Shown here in pieces: positions 57,948 through 64,000 of a DNA stretch of 64,000 nt (its first letter is position 1; each line of letters begins with the position of its first letter). Source of the DNA: Gemmatales bacterium (GTDB lineage Bacteria; Planctomycetota; Planctomycetia; Gemmatales; HRBIN36); contig JBEPZY010000001.1 in NCBI GenBank assembly GCA_041640595.1, positions 66,657 to 130,656 of the forward strand, in the 5' to 3' direction. The notes under the pieces are model-generated. The model was not told the origin of the DNA. It made no database searches and worked only from the letters and a program-made list of their open reading frames with translations. The translations under genes and the position numbers were made by a program.

Positions 57948-60104
57948 ATGCGACGAGTGAGAATCTTTTGCCTGCTTGCGAGTCTGACGAGTGTTTTTCC
58001 CGTGCTGGTGGGAGTGTTTGCGGGAGAACCGCTGACCCAACCGGCAAATACCTGGGTCAAACGTAGCCCACTGCCGGATGGCCCACCGTCGCCGCGTTTG
58101 GGCTACGAGGCATCGTGGGCCTATGATCCGTTTAGCAAGCTGCTCATTCGCTGGGGCGGGCACAATCAAGGCGGCGGAGGCGAGCAGCACAGCGAAACCT
58201 GGACTTTCGATCCAGTCGCGGCCCGATGGACGCTTAAAGAACCGAATGACTCGCCCCCCGGTGTGTGCTGTGCTCAGCAGAATGTTTTTGACCTCTCAGC
58301 TCGCCGATTTGTTCGTTTCCCGGCATTCAGCGGCAGTCATGGCTGGCAATGGTTCCGGGAGATTTACCTGAAAAACTCCAGTGTCTGGACGTATGACCTG
58401 GCGGCGAATCGCTGGCGTGACATGCGGCCTTGCCCTGAACCGCGGGTCAGTCCGTTGCGTTGCGCTTCCTGGGATAGTCATCACGAAGTCATCGTGCTTT
58501 TCGGGGGCGAAGGCAACAGCGAAGGTACGCTGGTTTACGATCCATACACCAATACCTGGACCTGGCAGCGTCCTCCGGAACAACCTCCTTTCCGCAGCGG
58601 TGGTAATCTGGCTTACGATAGTGCTCGCAAGCTGCACATACTTTTCGGCTCGCAATTCAGCGACGATCCGCACACGTGGGCCTATGACCTGGTAGCCAAC
58701 CGCTGGCTCGATTTGAAACCGGAGCGGTTGCCGCCCACCGACCGCAACGATGCCGTCCTTACCTATGACAGCGTCAATCACGTAATTATCGCCGTTGTCA
58801 AAGTCAGCGAGGGCAAAGGCGAGGAAGCAAAATCGCGTTTGGAAACCTGGGTTTTCGACACAGGCAAACGGCAGTGGACCAAGATGAATCCGCCGCGCGA
58901 ACCTGATCCGAGCGGCAACCGTGCTCGCTTGCTGACCTTTTTGCCCGACCATGGCCTGGCCATTTTAGAAAACCGTACCCATCCACCGCATGGTCCCGCC
59001 GAGCAACAAATCTGGACCTACTGCTACGCCAAACCGACACCGGAAAGCCTGTGGCGTCCTACCACAACGTTACGCGTGCGAACCCAAACGGATTCTGCGG
59101 TCCTAACCTGGAACCACGAAGGCCAGCCGCCAGCGCAGTGGGCAATCTATCGAGGTGAGGGCAATCAGCCCTGGCTGAGCAACTATCGCCGTATCGCCGC
59201 GGTTCCAGGTCAGCAAAACCGTTACGAAGACCGAGGCCTGGAACGAGGACGGGTTTACTATTATTACGTCCGCGGAGAAGCCGTTACTGATAAGCCCGCT
59301 GGTGGGCCGGTGCCTGAAAGCAATCGGGCCCGCACGCAGCCACGCATCGTTGAGGATGTAGTGGTGTCGGTGCGCAACGCCCAGGAAGTCGAAATTAGCT
59401 GGTCGCCGCCTGCACAAAGCGAAGATGTCGTGGGTTATTACGTCGAACGAGCCATCGTGGAGGTGCTCAGCGACGATCAGATGGTACGACTCAAGAAAGC
59501 GGTCGCCCCGCTCGCGACGACTTCGGTAGGAGCCATCCGGCGAATTGGCCCGTTTGAAAGGCTGACGGCCACGCCGGTCACTTCCACCCGTTTCACCGAC
59601 CGCGTGGACCTCAGCAAACCGCAGACGATCTCCGGCTCCTCGTTATGGGAACGCCGATTTTACAAGGAGGAAATTGACCCCGAAGGCAAACCCTATCCGT
59701 GGGCGGTTTATGCTTACCGTGTGCGCGCGGTCAATGCTCTGGGAACTGTCAGTGGGCCGTCACCTTATTTTCTCACCATCCCCTCACCGCCACAGTGGGT
59801 TTTTAGCCGTGAACGGAACGGACAGTGCGACTTGAAATGGGCCAAAAATCCCGAAGCCGACCTGAAGGGTTATCGTGTCTATCGGCTCGATAGTCGTTTC
59901 GGTGCCCCACCGATTACACGTCTGACCCCGGAACCGATCAACGCAACAACCTTTACCGATCCCACCGCGGGGAAAGCCACTCGCCGGTATCACATCGTGG
60001 CTGTGGATGCTCTCGGTCAGGAAGGTTTTCCCTCGATGCCGGTCTGGTATGAACGCGAATGGAAAAGCTTTTACAAGCCGTTTATCGGCGAATGGCATCA
60101 GTAA
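57948..60104 (+). CDS. Secreted Kelch-type beta-propeller protein with C-terminal fibronectin-III-like domains
   Basis: Signal peptide. Repeated blades with W...P.P.PR........YD......L..FGG. C-terminal FN3-like segments (VLTWNHEG...YRGEG, EISWSPP...VVGYYVERA, LKWAKNPEADLKGYRVYR). Confidence 0.7.
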   Translation: MRRVRIFCLLASLTSVFPVLVGVFAGEPLTQPANTWVKRSPLPDGPPSPRLGYEASWAYDPFSKLLIRWGGHNQGGGGEQHSETWTFDPVAARWTLKEPNDSPPGVCCAQQNVFDLSARRFVRFPAFSGSHGWQWFREIYLKNSSVWTYDLAANRWRDMRPCPEPRVSPLRCASWDSHHEVIVLFGGEGNSEGTLVYDPYTNTWTWQRPPEQPPFRSGGNLAYDSARKLHILFGSQFSDDPHTWAYDLVANRWLDLKPERLPPTDRNDAVLTYDSVNHVIIAVVKVSEGKGEEAKSRLETWVFDTGKRQWTKMNPPREPDPSGNRARLLTFLPDHGLAILENRTHPPHGPAEQQIWTYCYAKPTPESLWRPTTTLRVRTQTDSAVLTWNHEGQPPAQWAIYRGEGNQPWLSNYRRIAAVPGQQNRYEDRGLERGRVYYYYVRGEAVTDKPAGGPVPESNRARTQPRIVEDVVVSVRNAQEVEISWSPPAQSEDVVGYYVERAIVEVLSDDQMVRLKKAVAPLATTSVGAIRRIGPFERLTATPVTSTRFTDRVDLSKPQTISGSSLWERRFYKEEIDPEGKPYPWAVYAYRVRAVNALGTVSGPSPYFLTIPSPPQWVFSRERNGQCDLKWAKNPEADLKGYRVYRLDSRFGAPPITRLTPEPINATTFTDPTAGKATRRYHIVAVDALGQEGFPSMPVWYEREWKSFYKPFIGEWHQ

Positions 60105-60251
60105 CAGCGGAAGTAAACAAAGACGGTGGCACAATCGCGGTAGGGCGCTGCTTGATCGCCGCCTGCTCTGGGGCTAATCGAATTGGCCCAGCAGGGCATC
60201 AACCGAATCCAGCTCTTTGCCAGAAACGCTTGAATCACAACGGGAGGGAAA

Positions 60252-61547
60252 GTGAAGCAACTAGCCCAGGGCGTCGCTGAAGCGAGGCCGATACGCCAGT
60301 TATTTCGCGGTCGGCTAATCCTGCCGGACGGCATACTGGAAGATGGCCACCTGCTGACGATCGGCGAGCGTATCGCCGCGGTTGGTAGCGGGCCTGGTTC
60401 CGCCGCCGATGCGGATAGTACCGTTGAGGTAACGGATGGCTGGATCGCCCCGGGATTTGTTGATCTGCATGTGCATGGTGGTGCCGGGGCCGATTTTATG
60501 GATGGCACCGAATCAGCCTGGTTCACCGCTTGCCAGGCTCATCTGCGCCACGGTACCACGGCTTTACTGGCAACGACGAGTGTGGCCTGGAAGGAGCAGA
60601 TTTTGACGGTGCTGGAGTTGTGCCGGCGTTACCAAAACTGCCCGCAGAAGACGGGACTGCGTGTTCTGGGTGTGCATTTCTACGGGCCTTATTTTTCGGC
60701 AGAGGCACGCGGTTGCCATCCCGCCGCGCCTTTGCGATTGCCTCAACCGGACGAATACAATGCGTTTCTCGAATATGCCGACGTGATCGTTACTGCTTCC
60801 ATGGCGCCCGAGTTAGCCGGTGCGGAAGCCTTCACCCGTGCCTGTATCGAGCGCGGTATTCGAGTCAACATTGGCCATTCCCAGGCCACAGCGACGCAGG
60901 TGATGGAAGCAGTGCGGTGGGGAGCGCGGCATGTGGATCATTTGTTCTGCGCCATGTCGGATAAGACCAAACTCCGGCGAACCCAGCCGTTTCCCATGCG
61001 TGGTGGAGTGCTGGAAGCCACTTTGCTCCTGGACGAACTGACCACAGAAGTCATCGCGGATGGGGTGCACCTTTCCGGCGATTTGCTCCTGCTGGCGCTG
61101 AAGTGCAAAGGACCAGACCGATTGGCTCTGGTCACCGATTGCAATCGGGCACTGGACATGCCCGATGGCGAGTACCGGTTCGGGCCGCAAGATGGCGGTG
61201 AACCGTTTCAGGTGCGCAATGGAGTGGCATTGACACTCGACGGCATGGGTCTGGCGTCCAGTGTTCGCGGAATGGACTGGATGGTGAGGACCTTTATGCG
61301 TTTGACCGGTCGGCCTATCTGGGAAGTTATCCGCCTGGCCACGCTCACCCCGGCCAGGATTATTGGCTGGGCAGACCGTCTGGGAAGCCTGGAAGTCAAT
61401 AAGCTGGCCGACCTCGTAGTGCTCGACTCCAATTTGGCAGTGAAACAGGTCTATGTCGCAGGCCAGAGGGTCTGGTGCGATACCCCAGCAAGTGGCTGTG
61501 CCGAATGCACAACCGTAGAGCCTCGCAACCAGACTAACCGCGACTAG
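60252..61547 (+). CDS. nagA: N-acetylglucosamine-6-phosphate deacetylase
   Basis: GTG start after GGGAGGGAAA. PGFVDLHVHGGAGADFMDG, GTTALLATT, HFYGPY, ASMAPE, IGHSQAT, HLF.AMS, ADGVH, LVTD. Confidence 0.85.
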   Translation: MKQLAQGVAEARPIRQLFRGRLILPDGILEDGHLLTIGERIAAVGSGPGSAADADSTVEVTDGWIAPGFVDLHVHGGAGADFMDGTESAWFTACQAHLRHGTTALLATTSVAWKEQILTVLELCRRYQNCPQKTGLRVLGVHFYGPYFSAEARGCHPAAPLRLPQPDEYNAFLEYADVIVTASMAPELAGAEAFTRACIERGIRVNIGHSQATATQVMEAVRWGARHVDHLFCAMSDKTKLRRTQPFPMRGGVLEATLLLDELTTEVIADGVHLSGDLLLLALKCKGPDRLALVTDCNRALDMPDGEYRFGPQDGGEPFQVRNGVALTLDGMGLASSVRGMDWMVRTFMRLTGRPIWEVIRLATLTPARIIGWADRLGSLEVNKLADLVVLDSNLAVKQVYVAGQRVWCDTPASGCAECTTVEPRNQTNRD

Positions 61548-61572
61548 TCCGCTCGAAAAAGGAGGTGCAAAG

Positions 61573-62823
61573 GTGCAACGATGCGTACCATGTGCTTGTG
61601 TGCTGGGTGGTTTGCTCATCGTGGTGGCAGCATGTTTGGCCGACGGCGCAAGCTCAGCAGAACCTCTCACGCCGACGCTGCAATTCGAAGTTCAGGAGAT
61701 CGACCGTTCCTTGAAGGTCGGCTATGCCGTCCTGCTTGCCGACGTTAATGGCGACCAGCGACTGGATATCGTCGTGGTGGACACGCAGCGGGTGATCTGG
61801 TTTGAAAACCCGAACTGGAAAATGCACTACATCTTGCGAGGCGGCACGAAACCAGACAACGTGTGCATCGCCGCTCACGACATTGACGGCGATGGCCGAT
61901 TGGACTTCGCTCTCGGTGCCGACTGGCGTCCTTTCGACACCCGTTCTGGCGGAACCTTGCAATGGTTACGGCAAACCGAATCGCCCTACCAGCCTTTTGA
62001 GCTGTACCCGATAGACACCGAGCCGACCATACATCGCATTCGTTTCGCCGACGTGCTGGGTGAGGGGAAGCCGCAATTGATCAGCGTGCCGCTCATGGGT
62101 CGCAATGCCACGCGTGAGAAAAACTGGATGGACGCGCCGCTGCGAATCACAGCGTACCGGATTCCCAAAGACCCACGGCGCGACCGCTGGGTGCCGGAGA
62201 CGCTCGACGCTTCCCTGCATGTCGCCCACAATTTTCACATCACGGATCTCGATGCCGATGGCCGGCCGGATATTCTGGTCGCCAGTTACGAAGGTGTTAG
62301 CTGGCTTCGGCGAGAGTCCTCCAATGCCTGGCAACGCCTGCTGCTGGGTGTGGGCAACCAGGAACGACCTCACACCAACCGCGGCGCCAGCGAAGTACGG
62401 GCCGGAAGGTTGAAAAACGGTCGGCAGTTCGTGGCCACGATTGAACCGTGGCATGGGCATCAGGTAGTGATTTACACGCCGACGGCGGAAGTCTCAAAAG
62501 TTCCCTGGCAGCGGATGGTCATTGACGAGGAATTGCGTTGGGGGCATGCTGTTTGGTGCGCTGACCTCGACGGTGACGGCAACGACGAGGTGATTGTCGG
62601 CGTAAGAGATCGGCTCAATGACCGCATCGGGCCTGGCGTGCGGATTTACCGATGCCTGGATGCCTCGGGCCAAAAATGGCAGCGGGAAATGGTGGACAAT
62701 GGGGGAGTCGCCACCGAAGACCTGGCAGTAGGCGACCTGAACGGTGACGGTCGCCCCGATCTCGTGGCCGTGGGTCGCTTTACCGGAAACGTTCGCATCT
62801 ACTGGAACCGCACCACGCGATAG
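61573..62823 (+). CDS. FG-GAP/VCBS repeat beta-propeller protein with signal peptide
   Basis: GTG start 8 nt after GGAGG. Repeats ADVNGDQRLDIVVVD, HDIDGDGRLDFALG, TDLDADGRPDILVAS, ADLDGDGNDEVIVG, GDLNGDGRPDLVAVG. Confidence 0.8.
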   Translation: MQRCVPCACVLGGLLIVVAACLADGASSAEPLTPTLQFEVQEIDRSLKVGYAVLLADVNGDQRLDIVVVDTQRVIWFENPNWKMHYILRGGTKPDNVCIAAHDIDGDGRLDFALGADWRPFDTRSGGTLQWLRQTESPYQPFELYPIDTEPTIHRIRFADVLGEGKPQLISVPLMGRNATREKNWMDAPLRITAYRIPKDPRRDRWVPETLDASLHVAHNFHITDLDADGRPDILVASYEGVSWLRRESSNAWQRLLLGVGNQERPHTNRGASEVRAGRLKNGRQFVATIEPWHGHQVVIYTPTAEVSKVPWQRMVIDEELRWGHAVWCADLDGDGNDEVIVGVRDRLNDRIGPGVRIYRCLDASGQKWQREMVDNGGVATEDLAVGDLNGDGRPDLVAVGRFTGNVRIYWNRTTR

Positions 62824-62826
62824 CAA

Positions 62827-64000
62827 TCAGCGGTAGGCCTCGAACTCTTTGCCCAGCAAGCTGGCAGCGATCTTCAGCTGGAGAATCTCATCCGTACCCT
62901 CGTAAATGCGGCAGACGCGAACGTCTTTGAGATGTCGGCCTGGTCGAAACAGGTCCGACCAGCCACGCCCGCCGAACACCTGAACGGCGCGGTCAGCGAC
63001 TTCCCAGGCCGCATGGGATGCGAAGAATTTGGCAATAGCGGCGAGACGATCAGCTTCGGCGTACAGAGCCCGTACCGAATCATTTCGGTCAGAGTCAGTA
63101 CCGGCCTGTTGCCGGGCTTCCTCCCAGCGTTGCTTGGCCTCAGCCGCGCGGAGCACCAGAGCTTCCACCGCCGCCCGCCAGGTTTCCATCCAGGCCAAGT
63201 GTTGCTGAATTAGCTGGTGTTTGCCGATGGGCTTACCATGCTGCTGCCGTTCACGGGCGAAACGAAGGCTCTCAACCAGGCAATCTTCTATCACGCCCAG
63301 ACATCCCGCCGCCACGCTTAGGCGGCCGCTTACCAGCGTCGTCATGGCAATGCGAAAACCGTCTCCTTCACGGCCGAGCAGATTGGCCGAAGGGATGCGG
63401 TAATCGCGGAATTCCAGCATGGCCGTACTGCAGGTGGGCATACCCATCTTGGCCGGTAACTCTTCGCGGCTAATCCCGGGGCCGTCGGTCTCCACAAGAA
63501 ACGCGCTGATCTTCCGGGCTTGGTCGCCTTCTTGTTCCCGCGTGTGGGTAGCCGTAGTTTCGGATTTTGTTGCTGGCATTTCCGGATAGGCGAAGGTAAC
63601 CAGCACATTGGCGATACCGCCATTGGAGATGAGGTATTTCACTCCGTTGAGGACGTAATGGTTTCCTTCGCGACGCCAGGTGCTGGTCATTTCCCGGGGA
63701 TTACTTCCAGCATCCGGTTCGGTCAAAGCGAAGGCGAAGATACGTTCTCCGCGGCACGAAGCTGGTAAAAACCGTTCCTTTTGCTCGGGCGTACCGAAAT
63801 AGACGACCGGCATCTGACCAATCGAAGTGTGCCCGGAAAAAAACGTCCGCACTCCAGTGCCTTCACGATTGATGCGGGCCAGGGCCAGGGCATAGGTTAC
63901 CGCATCCGCACCGCGACCTCCGTACTCCTCCGGCACCGGCATGCCGAGCAAATTGTACTTTTTTGCCAACGGAATTACCTGGTCGTTGTAACGATGCTCA
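62827..64000 (-). CDS. Acyl-CoA dehydrogenase, N-terminus outside the window
   Basis: The reading frame stays open to the window edge (track Met 63969 is internal). GM.TCSTA...F....IP, ALV..R..VAAG..G, IYEGT.EI..L.IA. Confidence 0.85.
   Translation of the reverse strand, partial: EHRYNDQVIPLAKKYNLLGMPVPEEYGGRGADAVTYALALARINREGTGVRTFFSGHTSIGQMPVVYFGTPEQKERFLPASCRGERIFAFALTEPDAGSNPREMTSTWRREGNHYVLNGVKYLISNGGIANVLVTFAYPEMPATKSETTATHTREQEGDQARKISAFLVETDGPGISREELPAKMGMPTCSTAMLEFRDYRIPSANLLGREGDGFRIAMTTLVSGRLSVAAGCLGVIEDCLVESLRFARERQQHGKPIGKHQLIQQHLAWMETWRAAVEALVLRAAEAKQRWEEARQQAGTDSDRNDSVRALYAEADRLAAIAKFFASHAAWEVADRAVQVFGGRGWSDLFRPGRHLKDVRVCRIYEGTDEILQLKIAASLLGKEFEAYR

Noticed and set aside
60813-61670. 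285-aa minus-strand ORF
   Set aside because: It is antisense to nagA, whose HVHGG and other amidohydrolase motifs are clear on the plus strand.

Overview
This is a densely coding 64 kb chromosomal segment with about 50 protein genes, moderately GC-rich by eye. I ran no searches or computations; all calls come from reading the ORF translations and the DNA. The gene content suggests a Planctomycetota-like genome, but this is inference only. The supporting features are a MoxR-DUF58-vWA 'Bat-like' operon, two Tat-signal Gfo/Idh/MocA oxidoreductases, a sulfatase, futalosine-pathway menaquinone synthesis, ThyX, and an N-terminal LEERLAP motif on a secreted protease.

Most of the window is housekeeping:
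- hemL, thrC-like, aguB/aguA (agmatine route to putrescine), hemH, rarA, mobA, mnmG, aroB.
- An 11 kb co-directional minus-strand block: accC, accB, M24 and M19 peptidases, a CxCC G3E GTPase, ligA, ndk, rho, thyX.
- rpsB-tsf, nagA and a partial acyl-CoA dehydrogenase.

The ORF track misses one RNA gene. A tRNA-Sec (selC, anticodon UCA, 8-bp acceptor stem, long variable arm) lies at 53597..53694 on the minus strand, hidden under a spurious N-terminal extension of the thyX ORF.

I found no recognisable defence island, prophage, IS element or CRISPR array. The items most worth a second look are:
1. A 717-bp structured intergenic region upstream of the MoxR operon that carries three unrelated pairs of direct repeats at a spacing of about 67-74 nt.
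2. A roughly 750-bp region with no confident gene between selC and rpsB. It contains a selC-co-directional 100-codon frame interrupted by a single in-frame TGA followed by a hairpin.
3. A small unknown protein next to a compact SNF2 ATPase.
4. A CxCC G3E GTPase directly upstream of two metallopeptidases.
5. A Rho that lacks the N-terminal helical subdomain and is followed by a textbook intrinsic terminator.

Several start codons differ from the ORF track. I re-chose them using Shine-Dalgarno spacing and family-typical N-termini.
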